Part shown: positions 10,613 to 20,361 of the stretch, piece by piece
How the letters are laid out: the number at the start of each line of letters is the position of its first letter
Numbering within the stretch: position 1 is the stretch's first letter
Source of the DNA: Prochlorococcus sp. AG-402-I23
GTDB lineage: Bacteria; Cyanobacteriota; Cyanobacteriia; PCC-6307; Cyanobiaceae
Direction of reading: 5' to 3'
DNA: 64,000 nt
NCBI GenBank assembly: GCA_003216915.1
Contig: QCIB01000007.1
Span: 4,091-68,090, forward strand
The notes under the pieces: generated by a model
What the model was told of the DNA's origin: nothing
The model's input: only the letters and a program-made list of their open reading frames with translations
Database searches by the model: none
Translations under genes and position numbers: made by a program

Positions 10613-11017
10613 TTATTGTTCACATTGAGAGGTACAAAGTTTTTCAATATCAGATCTACCTGTAATTTGAAGTCTATATTTTGCCCAATATCTGTAAATC
10701 ATTCGCAATAATGGAGATAAGAGCTTAATCTTCAAGGGATAATAAACCCAACCTAAACCAACTAATTCATAAGAATATGCAAGTACATCTAGTCCCTTAA
10801 TAATTTCACCATTTTCCATAATCCCATGCAGATTTGACATAGCTTCTGAATATGAGATGTCATTAAAAAGACTTTGATCATAATCCTTACTATTAATATC
10901 TATAAATGCAATTTGATTTAAGATATCTCTTTTTTTTAGAAAATTTGTTTCTCTCAAACAAAGTGGACAACCACCATCGAATAAAAAGGTTAATTTAATT
11001 TTCATATTTTTATTCAA
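10613..11017 (-). CDS. DCC family (DUF393) thiol-disulfide oxidoreductase
   Basis: FDGGCPLC (DxxCxxC), Y.YWAKYR. Confidence 0.9.
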   Translation of the reverse strand: MNKNMKIKLTFLFDGGCPLCLRETNFLKKRDILNQIAFIDINSKDYDQSLFNDISYSEAMSNLHGIMENGEIIKGLDVLAYSYELVGLGWVYYPLKIKLLSPLLRMIYRYWAKYRLQITGRSDIEKLCTSQCEQ

Positions 11018-11182
11018 ATATAGAAATTAAATAACTTTTTTGTGGAATAAAAAATTTTTTTTAGAGTACAAGCTTTATAAAGCCTTAATAATTGCCAGTT
11101 CTAATTTAGTGAAATTATATTATCTTATAAATTAATAAGCCATTGATTAAGGGATACATCAATGGTTTAAAACTATTTATGA

Positions 11183-11386
11183 TCAATCATCTAAAAGATG
11201 AACTCCTTCTCCTACGTCAGGAGTAAATTTACAATATTTTTCAAAAATAATTCCAACACCTCTCATTTTTTCTCCTAATTCATCGTTAAATTTATTCCAT
11301 TCTTCCGATTCACGCTCAGGTAAATCCCACCCTTGTTTTTCTACCATACTTGTTATTACTGTATAGTCCCATTCTATGTATGCCAT
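11183..11386 (-). CDS. Hypothetical acidic 67-aa protein
   Basis: ATG-initiated ORF with protein-like composition in an otherwise empty gap. Confidence 0.65.
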   Translation of the reverse strand: MAYIEWDYTVITSMVEKQGWDLPERESEEWNKFNDELGEKMRGVGIIFEKYCKFTPDVGEGVHLLDD

Positions 11387-11482
11387 TGAGTTAATTCAAA
11401 CTACCAAAATATTATAAACCAAGAGATTTAATAGGTAATCAATATTTTTTGAATATAATTTAATAGTGTAAAAAAATTATAA

Positions 11483-12154
11483 ATGTCAATTTTGCCAAGA
11501 AGATTTGAACGAATCAGAAGTGTTTTAGATTGCAGAATGAAAAACTTGACTGTTTTAGTTGAGGATGTCAATAAACCACATAATTTATCTGCGATATTAA
11601 GGACATGTGATGCAGCAGGAGTTTTCGAAGCAAATTTTATTAGCAAAACGAATGTCGTTAAGACTTTTAATAATACTGCTCAAGGAAGTCAAAAATGGGT
11701 GAAACTGAATAATCATGAAAACACTATCACTGCAATATCTGATTTAAAGAATAAGGGTTTTAAATTATATGGAACGACTCTTAATAGTGAATCACTAGAT
11801 TATAGAAATTTTGATTATTCTCAAAATACATGTTTTGTTTTAGGAGCAGAAAAATGGGGACTTAGTAATGAACTTATATCAATGGTTGACCAATCAATTT
11901 TTATACCTATGAGAGGTATGGTTCAATCTCTGAATGTTTCAGTTGCTGCTTCCATATTATTATTTGAAGCTATTCGCCAAAGAAAAAATAAAGGTATATT
12001 GCCCGCTAATGGAGAAGGGTTAAATATAGATGAATATCAAAAAACACTTTTTGAATGGTGTTACCCAGAATTAGCTGCGGTGTATAAAAAATCAGCTAAA
12101 GAATATCCAAAGTTGAATGATCAAGGAGAACTTTATCCTATTACAGATAACTAA
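11483..12154 (+). CDS. trmH: tRNA (guanosine-2'-O)-methyltransferase TrmH/SpoU
   Basis: KPHNLSAILRTCDA, GAEKWG, IPM.GMVQSLNVSVA. Confidence 0.92.
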   Translation: MSILPRRFERIRSVLDCRMKNLTVLVEDVNKPHNLSAILRTCDAAGVFEANFISKTNVVKTFNNTAQGSQKWVKLNNHENTITAISDLKNKGFKLYGTTLNSESLDYRNFDYSQNTCFVLGAEKWGLSNELISMVDQSIFIPMRGMVQSLNVSVAASILLFEAIRQRKNKGILPANGEGLNIDEYQKTLFEWCYPELAAVYKKSAKEYPKLNDQGELYPITDN

Positions 12155-12156
12155 AT

Positions 12157-13002
12157 TTATTCAGAATTTTGAATATCAAAAATTTCTTCAAGATTCTCTC
12201 CTATAAAAGAAAGACCTAAAACCAAAAAAAACATTGCCAAACCTGGAAACAAAGCCGTCCACCATATACCTGTAGGCAAAGCGGCAAGAGCAAGATTTAA
12301 ATCACTTCCCCACTCTGGGACATCTGCAGGAACACCAAGACCTAAAAATCCTAAACTTCCTAATACCAAAACAGCATCCGCAGCATTTAGGGTAAGCAGA
12401 ATAGGCAAAGGTGTTATTACATTTGGGAGAATATATTTAAAAATAATTTTTTTAACATCAGCTCCTGAAACTTGAGCTGCCTCAACGTAAGTTTCGGATT
12501 TAACCAATATTGTCTGATTTCTGATTAATCTAAAATATTGAGGCGAGTAAACAATACATAATGAAAAAGCTGCGTTAAGGATACCCTTACCCAAGACAAA
12601 AGCCACAACAACTGAAAGCAAAATTACAGGTATTGAAAAAATTGTATCCATTATTAGTGACAAACATTTATCAAAAAAACCACCAAAATATCCACTTAAT
12701 AATCCTAATGGCAAACCCAAACTCAATGAAAAAAGAATAGCTAAGAACACAACTTCTATTGCTAAAGATGATCCTTGCAAAGTTCTTAAGCAAACATCTC
12801 TTCCTAATCTATCTGTACCACAGAAATGATTAAGCGAAGGAGGGGCAAAGATATCATTGCTTAACATTGAAAATGAATAACCAAAAAAATTATTGGCCTC
12901 TAAAAGTTTCATTATTAAAACAACAAGAAGATAAAAAAGTACAATTAGAAATCCAGCTTTTCTGATATTTGCTCCGACACGATTAGATGAGTTAATATCC
13001 AA
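12157..13002 (-). CDS. Peptide/nickel ABC transporter permease (DppC-like)
   Basis: H..GTD.LGRD, EAA..SGA loop, LGFLGLG...PEWG. Confidence 0.9.
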   Translation of the reverse strand: MDINSSNRVGANIRKAGFLIVLFYLLVVLIMKLLEANNFFGYSFSMLSNDIFAPPSLNHFCGTDRLGRDVCLRTLQGSSLAIEVVFLAILFSLSLGLPLGLLSGYFGGFFDKCLSLIMDTIFSIPVILLSVVVAFVLGKGILNAAFSLCIVYSPQYFRLIRNQTILVKSETYVEAAQVSGADVKKIIFKYILPNVITPLPILLTLNAADAVLVLGSLGFLGLGVPADVPEWGSDLNLALAALPTGIWWTALFPGLAMFFLVLGLSFIGENLEEIFDIQNSE

Positions 13003-13081
13003 AATCTTTTTTTACAGATATGACTGAAATATACCCAATTCTTTAAAAAAAAAATAGCTATTAATTTTAAATTTTAAAAAA

Positions 13082-14890
13082 TTACTGGTTTAATTTTAGA
13101 ACTGCCATAAAAGCTTCTTGAGGGACTTCAACTTTACCCATTGCTTTCATCCTCTTTTTACCTTTGGCTTGTTTCTTTAAAAGTTTCTTTTTCCTAGAAA
13201 TATCTCCTCCATAACATTTAGATAAAACATCTTTTCGTAAAGCACTTATACTTTCACTTGCAATAATCCTGCTACCTATTGATGCTTGAATAGGTATTTT
13301 AAATTGTTGTTTTGGAATAAGTTCTTTTAATTTTTCAACTAAACTTCTGCCAATTCCATAAGCCTTATCTTTATGAACAATAGAAGTTAATGGATCTGCT
13401 CTTTCTGAATTTATTAGAACATCTAATCTAACAAGGTCATTCTTTCTGTAACCAATCAAATGATATTCCATTGAGGCATAACCTTGGGTTCTACTTTTCA
13501 TTTGATCAAAGAAATCTGTAACTACTTCTGCTAATGGAATTTCATAAATCAACGTAACTCGATCAGTTGTTATGTATTTCATATCTAAAAATACTCCCCT
13601 TCTTTCCTGACATAAACCCATTAATGTTCCATTAAATTCATTGGGAGCATAAATTTCCATTTTCACATAAGGCTCTTCTATTGATTCTCTAAGTTGTGGA
13701 TCAGGAATTGTAGAAGGGTTATCAATAAAGATATGTTCCAGCTGATTTAAATTAACCTTATAAATAACTGATGGTGCCGTTACAATTAGATCCAGATCAT
13801 ATTCTCTTTCTAATCTTTCTTGAACAATCTCCATATGAAGAAGTCCTAGGAATCCGCACCTAAAACCGAAGCCCATTGCGCTACTGGTTTCGGGCTCATA
13901 TTTTAAAGCTGCATCAGATAATTGTAATTTTTCAAGAGATACCCTTAAATCTGGGAATTGATCAGCATCAGTCGGGAATAAGCCACAAAAAACCATAGGA
14001 TTTGCTGTCTTATAACCAGGCAAAGGATCATTTGCAGGTGAATTTAAAAGAGTAATCGTATCTCCCACTCTCGCATCAGCAACTGATTTTATAGAAGCAG
14101 CTAAATAACCAACTTCTCCTGCATGTAATTCATCAACTTGCTGCTGATCAGGTGCCATTATTCCTATCTCATCCAGTTCATAATTTTTTTTACTCGCCAT
14201 TAATAATATTTTTTCTCTCTTATTAAGAGACCCAGATATTACCCTGAAATAAACAATAACTCCTCTGTACGGATCATAATAAGAATCAAAAATGAGTGCC
14301 TTTGTAGGCAGTTTAATTTCATCTTGAGGAGGAGGAACTCGTCTTACGATTGCCTCCAAAATATCTTTAATACCAACTCCAGTTTTTGCTGAACAATTTA
14401 TTGCATTAGATGTATCAAGTCCAATAATTTCCTCTATTTCTTGTTTTATTTTTTCAGCATCAGCACCTGGCAAATCAACTTTATTTAAAACAGGAATTAT
14501 TTCAAGATTATTTTCTAAGGCAAGATAAACATTAGCTAAGGTTTGAGCTTCTACTCCTTGACTTGCATCAACAACGAGTAAAGCGCCTTCACAAGCTTGA
14601 AGAGATCTACTAACCTCATAAGAGAAATCAACATGCCCTGGAGTATCTATTAAGTTCAAAACATATTCTTGGGAATCGTCAGCTTTATATTTCATCCTAG
14701 CGGCCTGTAACTTGATAGTAATTCCTCTCTCTCTTTCAAGATCCATACTGTCCAAAAATTGTTCTTGCATATCCCTTTGCTGCACAGTACCAGTATCTTG
14801 AAGCAACCTATCTGCAAGGGTAGATTTACCATGGTCAATATGAGCGATTATGCAGAAATTTCTAATTTTTGAAACCGATATATCAGTCAT
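13082..14890 (-). CDS. lepA: Elongation factor 4
   Basis: [34 protein letters not shown]. Confidence 0.99.
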   Translation of the reverse strand: MTDISVSKIRNFCIIAHIDHGKSTLADRLLQDTGTVQQRDMQEQFLDSMDLERERGITIKLQAARMKYKADDSQEYVLNLIDTPGHVDFSYEVSRSLQACEGALLVVDASQGVEAQTLANVYLALENNLEIIPVLNKVDLPGADAEKIKQEIEEIIGLDTSNAINCSAKTGVGIKDILEAIVRRVPPPQDEIKLPTKALIFDSYYDPYRGVIVYFRVISGSLNKREKILLMASKKNYELDEIGIMAPDQQQVDELHAGEVGYLAASIKSVADARVGDTITLLNSPANDPLPGYKTANPMVFCGLFPTDADQFPDLRVSLEKLQLSDAALKYEPETSSAMGFGFRCGFLGLLHMEIVQERLEREYDLDLIVTAPSVIYKVNLNQLEHIFIDNPSTIPDPQLRESIEEPYVKMEIYAPNEFNGTLMGLCQERRGVFLDMKYITTDRVTLIYEIPLAEVVTDFFDQMKSRTQGYASMEYHLIGYRKNDLVRLDVLINSERADPLTSIVHKDKAYGIGRSLVEKLKELIPKQQFKIPIQASIGSRIIASESISALRKDVLSKCYGGDISRKKKLLKKQAKGKKRMKAMGKVEVPQEAFMAVLKLNQ

Positions 14891-14945
14891 ATAGAAATAA
14901 AAATTCTCCTCTTATTACATCTTGATTAATATTAGCTAATTAGAA

Positions 14946-16442
14946 TTATGGATGGAAACCAAAAATGGAATTATTTCTTTTTTTAATGTCTTTTATGAAG
15001 GTACTGTAATTTTCAGAGACTGATAGTTCTGGATAAATTAAGTCATTTATTTTTTTCTGAAGATTATGCTTATCGTTTAAAAATAAAACAGATTTTTCTA
15101 GAACCTCAACCATAATTGAAACCGCAGTACTTGCTCCTGGAGAGGCTCCCAACAAAGCAGATAATGATCCATCAGATGAATTTACAATCTCAGTTCCAAA
15201 TTTCAAAGAACCACCACCTTCAGTTTTTTTAATTATTTGGACTCTTTGACCAGCATTCTTTAAATACCAATCAGAAGGATTAGCTGATGGCATCATATTC
15301 TTTAAACTCTCAACTCTTGAGTTATGGTTCTTTAATGATTGTGATATTAGGTAATTAATCAAATCGTTGTTCTTGAAACCAACGTCTAACATAGAAAAAA
15401 TATTATTCTTTTTAATTGAACTAAATAAGTCAAAGTATGAACTTTGTTTTAGAAATTTCGTTGTAAATCCAGCAAAAGGTCCATATAAAAGAAGTTTTTT
15501 ATTATCAATCCATCTGGTGTCTAAATGAGGCACAGACATTGGTGGCGATCCAATATCAGCTTTACCATAAACTTTTGAGTTATGTTTTTCTGTTAGATCT
15601 TTTTTCTCGCAAATAAGCCATTTCCCACTAACAGGAAATCCACCATAACTTTTTGCTTCTGGAATTTTTGATTTTTGTAAATAATTAATTGTTTTTCCAC
15701 CAGCACCAAGAAAAACATAGCCAGTTCTAATTGAAGTTTTTCTACCTTCAGAACTGATTTCTAGTTCCCATTGTTTTTTATCAATTTTCTTTAAATCTAC
15801 TAGTTCTGTTTTGTATCTAATTTCAACATTTTTGTTTAAGGAAACTAATGACAAATACTCTTTAGTTAAAGCCTCAAAATTAATATCAGTTCCTCTACCT
15901 ATTCTGGTAGCAGCAATTTGAGCAGATGGATTTCTATCTTTTGTTATTAGAGGAGCCCATGATGAAATTTCATCAAAAGATGTCGAAAATTCCATATCGA
16001 TAAATTCAGGATTTTCGTTCATTTTCTGAAATCTTTTTTTTAAAAAAGAAATATTATCCTGACCAGACACAAAGCTAATATGAGGAATAAATTTTAAAAA
16101 ATTTTTAATATCAATTTTCCCTGCTTCATACAATGAGGCCCATAAAGACATGGATCTTTCAAAGGATCGATTTATTGAGAGCGCTTTATCTATTTTTATA
16201 TTTCCTTTTTCATCTAAAGGTGTATAGTTTAATTCGCAATTAGCAGCATGTCCTGTACCTGCATTATTAAAGGCGCCAGTACTTTCACTTCCTGGAGCAT
16301 TTAATTTTTCTACAATTAGAATATTTATATCGGGTAAAACTTCTGAAATTAAGATGGCTAAAGTACTGCTCATTATCCCTGCTCCTACTAAGACTGCATC
16401 AAAGTAGCTATTATCGTTGGTGGAATTTTGAAATGAAGTCAC
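14946..16442 (-). CDS. mqo: Malate:quinone oxidoreductase
   Basis: [42 protein letters not shown]. Confidence 0.96.
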   Translation of the reverse strand: MTSFQNSTNDNSYFDAVLVGAGIMSSTLAILISEVLPDINILIVEKLNAPGSESTGAFNNAGTGHAANCELNYTPLDEKGNIKIDKALSINRSFERSMSLWASLYEAGKIDIKNFLKFIPHISFVSGQDNISFLKKRFQKMNENPEFIDMEFSTSFDEISSWAPLITKDRNPSAQIAATRIGRGTDINFEALTKEYLSLVSLNKNVEIRYKTELVDLKKIDKKQWELEISSEGRKTSIRTGYVFLGAGGKTINYLQKSKIPEAKSYGGFPVSGKWLICEKKDLTEKHNSKVYGKADIGSPPMSVPHLDTRWIDNKKLLLYGPFAGFTTKFLKQSSYFDLFSSIKKNNIFSMLDVGFKNNDLINYLISQSLKNHNSRVESLKNMMPSANPSDWYLKNAGQRVQIIKKTEGGGSLKFGTEIVNSSDGSLSALLGASPGASTAVSIMVEVLEKSVLFLNDKHNLQKKINDLIYPELSVSENYSTFIKDIKKRNNSIFGFHP

Positions 16443-16512
16443 AACAGAAAATTATCTTTTTTGCAATTAATCAAATTTCTTTCTAGGCTTATTATAAAGT
16501 TAATACAAAATT

Positions 16513-16758
16513 ATGAGTACTGAAACACTCTCTTTGACAAACGAAAATGTAGAAAAAGTCCTTGACGAGCTAAGACCTTTTTTAATATCTGATGGAGGTA
16601 ATGTAGAGATTGCAGAAATAGATGGTCCAATTGTCAAAGTCAGACTTCAAGGGGCATGTGGAAGTTGCCCAAGTAGTACTATGACCCTAAAAATGGGTAT
16701 TGAGAGAAAGTTAAAAGAAATGATTCCTGAAATAAGTGAAGTTGTCCAGGTTTTATAA
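16513..16758 (+). CDS. NifU/NfuA-type Fe-S scaffold protein
   Basis: [20 protein letters not shown]. Confidence 0.94.
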   Translation: MSTETLSLTNENVEKVLDELRPFLISDGGNVEIAEIDGPIVKVRLQGACGSCPSSTMTLKMGIERKLKEMIPEISEVVQVL

Positions 16759-16778
16759 AAATTCTAGACTGGTATGTA

Positions 16779-17036
16779 TTATTTAGTTTTTAATTCCTTC
16801 AACAAGGATGATTCCATATCAAGGCAATCAATTGGAAGTCCTTGCCCAATAGCAATTAAAAGAGGAGCAAGAATTCCAATAGTAAAAACTAAATTTGATT
16901 GGCATACATCATATTTACCCAAAGTAAAAGTTATCAAATAAATAATTGAAAAATACGCATGTAGGGAAAAAAATTCTTTTGGCTTTAGAACTGGCCATCT
17001 TAAAGTATTTCCCAAAAAATATAAAAAACCTGTCAT
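16779..17036 (-). CDS. Hypothetical membrane protein
   Basis: 85-aa ORF with two hydrophobic segments. Confidence 0.75.
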   Translation of the reverse strand: MTGFLYFLGNTLRWPVLKPKEFFSLHAYFSIIYLITFTLGKYDVCQSNLVFTIGILAPLLIAIGQGLPIDCLDMESSLLKELKTK

Positions 17037-17163
17037 AAAAAAAATAGTTACATTGAGATTAAATCAAATATAAACATAATCCCTTTTACAGACTATTTAT
17101 AAAAAAATTTACCTAAGATAATAATTAAAAAAATATTAAATCTTCATTTCTATTTGTAAAAGC

Positions 17164-17213
17164 TAGACATCCCGAGGGAAATACGCTTATAATAATTTGG
17201 TAGCAATCGCTAC
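17164..17213 (+). promoter_or_regulatory. Sigma70-type promoter with an NtcA box over the predicted transcription start
   Basis: TAGACA (17164-69), 18-bp spacer, TATAAT (17188-93), then GTA-GCAATCGC-TAC (17200-13), an exact GTA-N8-TAC. Confidence 0.8.
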
Positions 17214-17218
17214 TTTTT

Positions 17219-17268
17219 CGTTCACCCTCATTTGAGGGCGCAGTTCGAGTCATACCATGGAACGGGGG
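17219..17268 (+). ncRNA. Glutamine-II (Downstream-peptide) riboswitch
   Basis: P1 CGTTC/GAACG, P2 CCCTC/GAGGG, GCGCAGTTCGAGTC..CCATGGAACGGGG core; directly upstream of a DUF4278 gene. Confidence 0.88.
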
Positions 17269-17292
17269 ATGGCCGTGTTGTCACATCGAAAC

Positions 17293-17466
17293 ATGACTAC
17301 TTTAACTTACAGAGGTAAAAACTACGTTCAAAACAAAGAAGCTGCTAAAAAGCAACTTGTTGAACTTACCTACAGAAGAAACGTATACACCAACAGAATG
17401 GATGACGCTTCTTCAAGTAATGAAAAAGCAGAATTAAATTACAGAGGTGTTAATTACACTAAATAA
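17293..17466 (+). CDS. DUF4278 family protein (GifB/IF17-related), 57 aa
   Basis: Three L(T/N)YR(G/R) repeats; start moved from 17257 because that ATG lies inside the riboswitch. Confidence 0.88.
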   Translation: MTTLTYRGKNYVQNKEAAKKQLVELTYRRNVYTNRMDDASSSNEKAELNYRGVNYTK

Positions 17467-17482
17467 TTTAATTAAAAAAATT

Positions 17483-17512
17483 AAAAGTCCCTTTTTCAGG
17501 GGCTTTTTTTTT
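17483..17512 (+). terminator. Intrinsic terminator
   Basis: AAAAGTCCCT-TTTTC-AGGGGCTTTT stem followed by a long T run. Confidence 0.85.
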
Positions 17513-17543
17513 GGCTATATTTATCAAGAGTCCTTTAAAAAAT

Positions 17544-18338
17544 ATGTCTGAAAGTTGCTGTAATACAAACACATCGAATAAAGCACCTAATCAATTCGAT
17601 CATAAAGATGCGATTCAAGAAAGATATGGCTCAGCGGCACAAGAAAAAGAAAGTTGTCTTTGTACACCAGTTGGGTTTGATCCCGTTTTACTAGAAGTAA
17701 TTCCTCAAGAGGTTATAGAAAGAGACTATGGGTGTGGTGATCCAACAAAATATGTTCAAAAAAATGATATAGTCTTAGATCTTGGAAGTGGTAGCGGCAA
17801 AAATGCTTTCATTTGTGCCCAAATTGTTGGGAAAGAAGGGAAAGTTATTGGAGTTGATCAGAACCCTGACATGCTTTCTTTATCTAGATCAGCATCTAAA
17901 GAAGTTACAAAAAATATAGGTTTCAACAATACAGAATTTCTAGAAGGTTCAATTGAAAAACTTGATGAATTAGATAAAGATTTAAATCCATTAATTGCAG
18001 ATAAATCAGTTGATATTATTTTAAGTAATTGCGTTTTAAACTTGGTAAGTCCAGAATCTAGAAATAACCTTCTAAATAACATAAAAAGAGTTTTAAACGA
18101 TAATGGAAGAATTGCAATTAGCGATATCGTCTCTAACAAAAAAGTTCCTTTAAGATTGCAAAATGATCATGATTTATGGACAGGATGTATTAGTGGAGCA
18201 TGGTATGAGCCAGAGTTTATAAGTGATTTTAAAGAACTAGGATTTAAAAATTTAAAATTTGTAGAAAGGAGTTCTGAACCTTGGAAAGTAATTGAGGATA
18301 TTGAATTTAGAACAGTAACTTTAGTGGGCAATATTTAA
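17544..18338 (+). CDS. ArsM-like SAM-dependent (arsenite) methyltransferase
   Basis: YGCGDP, DLGSGSG, SNCVLNL, WTGCISGA; ATG at 17544 preferred to the TTG inside the terminator. Confidence 0.82.
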   Translation: MSESCCNTNTSNKAPNQFDHKDAIQERYGSAAQEKESCLCTPVGFDPVLLEVIPQEVIERDYGCGDPTKYVQKNDIVLDLGSGSGKNAFICAQIVGKEGKVIGVDQNPDMLSLSRSASKEVTKNIGFNNTEFLEGSIEKLDELDKDLNPLIADKSVDIILSNCVLNLVSPESRNNLLNNIKRVLNDNGRIAISDIVSNKKVPLRLQNDHDLWTGCISGAWYEPEFISDFKELGFKNLKFVERSSEPWKVIEDIEFRTVTLVGNI

Positions 18339-18374
18339 AAAAATTCAAGAGTTGAAAATATAATATAAATTTCC

Positions 18375-19550
18375 ATGAGAAATAATCTAAGAGATCAAAT
18401 ACCCGCATTAAAAAATAAGTATTATTTCAACTATGGCGGTCAAGGACCATTACCAAAATCTTCTCTAGAAGCAATAGTTAAAACTTGGGAGATTATCCAA
18501 GATTTAGGACCATTTACCAATGATATGTGGCCTTTTATTTACAAAGAAATATTGACCACAAAAAGAATCATTGCGCAAAAATTAGGTGTCAATTCAAAGA
18601 ATGTAGCTTTTACCGAAAATATCTCTTCCGGTATGATTTTGCCCTTTTGGGGAATAAAAGTAAAAGAGGGAGAAGAGTTGTTAATAAGTGACTGTGAACA
18701 TCCTGGAGTAGTGGCTGCAAGTCGAGAATTTTGCAGAAGAAATAAATTAATATTCAAAATTTTGCCAATCCAAAAAATTAAAAATCTAAACGACGAAAAT
18801 ATAATTTTAGAGATTTTGAAAAATCTAAATAGTAAGACTAAGATCCTAATTATTTCTCATATATTATGGAACTTTGGATATAAAATTCCTTTAAAAGAAA
18901 TTTCTATCGAATTAAAAAATAATCGAGAAAACTCTTATTTACTTGTAGATGGTGCTCAAACCTTTGGGCACATAAATATTGAAAAAGAAGTTTTTTATTC
19001 TGATTTATATTCAATAACTTCTCACAAATGGGCATGTGGACCAGAAGGACTTGGAGCCATTTATGTCTCAGATAGATTTATTAGTGAAACAGATCCAACA
19101 ATAATTGGTTGGAAATCATTAAAAAAAGAACAAGGCATTTATGAGCCTTCAGATAATCTTTTTCATGATGATGCAAGGAAATTTGAAATAGCTACCTCTT
19201 GTATTCCTTTACTTGCTGGGCTTCGGAATTCTTTAGATCTTTTGGATAAAGACTGCCATGAAAAAGAAAAAAACAAAAATATCAAAAAATTAAGTGGAAA
19301 ACTTTGGGATGAATTAAATCAATCAAAGGGTGTTGAATTAGTTTTAGAAAAAAAATATTTAAATGGGATTGTTAGTTTTAATATCGAAAATATTAAAGAT
19401 AAGGATGAATATGTAAAGAAACTTGGAGAAAAGAAAATTTGGATTAGAGTTTTAGAAGATCCAAAATGGTTTAGAGCATGCGTACATCAAATGACTACAG
19501 AAGCTGAGATTGATTTACTTGCTAGAGAAATAAAAAAAATATTGACTTAA
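18375..19550 (+). CDS. Class V PLP aminotransferase (cysteine/cystine lyase-like)
   Basis: YFNYGGQGP, DGAQ, HKW.CGP.G.G. Confidence 0.88.
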   Translation: MRNNLRDQIPALKNKYYFNYGGQGPLPKSSLEAIVKTWEIIQDLGPFTNDMWPFIYKEILTTKRIIAQKLGVNSKNVAFTENISSGMILPFWGIKVKEGEELLISDCEHPGVVAASREFCRRNKLIFKILPIQKIKNLNDENIILEILKNLNSKTKILIISHILWNFGYKIPLKEISIELKNNRENSYLLVDGAQTFGHINIEKEVFYSDLYSITSHKWACGPEGLGAIYVSDRFISETDPTIIGWKSLKKEQGIYEPSDNLFHDDARKFEIATSCIPLLAGLRNSLDLLDKDCHEKEKNKNIKKLSGKLWDELNQSKGVELVLEKKYLNGIVSFNIENIKDKDEYVKKLGEKKIWIRVLEDPKWFRACVHQMTTEAEIDLLAREIKKILT

Positions 19551-19575
19551 AGATCTATTGATAAAAAAATTTAGT

Positions 19576-20280
19576 TTACCAAGGTATCTCCGAGTTGTCC
19601 CATGCAATAAATTTTCCTGTAGATTCTGGTGATTGATTTTTAATAATATTGATCAAGAATTGGGAGGATTTTTCTTTACTAAATAATTTATCTTCTGGAA
19701 CAAATTTATGAAAAGGTCTAGATAAATCAGTATCTACTGTTCCTGGATGAAGCAATGTGATAGCAGCCTTTGGGAAACGTCTAGCCCATTCAATACTTAA
19801 AGATTTAAAAAACTGATTTTGCGCAGATTTTGCAGCTCTATATGAATACCAACCTCCAGTTTGATTATCTCCAATGCTACCAACTCTTGCACTTATACTT
19901 GCAAAATTAAAATCAAAATCTTTTGGTATAAATTCTTCAATCGCTTTAGCTAATAAAATAGGAGAAAAGGCATTTATTGAAAAACTTTCCATCATATTTT
20001 TTTTATCAAGATGTTGTAATCTTTTTTCTGGTTGAAGAGAATCACTATGAAGTTTACCTGTAGCATTAACAACTAGCCTTAATTTTGCAGGATGATTTGA
20101 TATTTTATTTTTCAACTGCAAAAGGGATTGAGAATCCTCTATATCTAATTCCCAAAAAGGGTTAAATTCACTTTTTCTTCCACACAAAACAACATCTAAA
20201 TCCTTTTCACTTTCATTCAGATCTTTAGCTAGTTGTGTTCCAATTCCACCTGCGCCTACAACTAAGGCTAAGCCTTTCAT
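19576..20280 (-). CDS. Short-chain dehydrogenase/reductase (CsgA/C-factor-like)
   Basis: GAGGIG, SARVGSIGDN..GGWYSYRAAK, HPGTVDT. Confidence 0.92.
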   Translation of the reverse strand: MKGLALVVGAGGIGTQLAKDLNESEKDLDVVLCGRKSEFNPFWELDIEDSQSLLQLKNKISNHPAKLRLVVNATGKLHSDSLQPEKRLQHLDKKNMMESFSINAFSPILLAKAIEEFIPKDFDFNFASISARVGSIGDNQTGGWYSYRAAKSAQNQFFKSLSIEWARRFPKAAITLLHPGTVDTDLSRPFHKFVPEDKLFSKEKSSQFLINIIKNQSPESTGKFIAWDNSEIPW

Positions 20281-20361
20281 TTTATTAAAAATAACTCCAT
20301 TGATTCTAAGAAACTTTTCTTATGATTTGCGTAAAAATCTTTCTTATTTAATTAGGAAATT

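Noticed and set aside
17257-17292. N-terminal extension MERGMAVLSHRN of the DUF4278 ORF
   Set aside because: The ATG lies within the riboswitch core; the family pattern starts at MTTLTYRG (17293)
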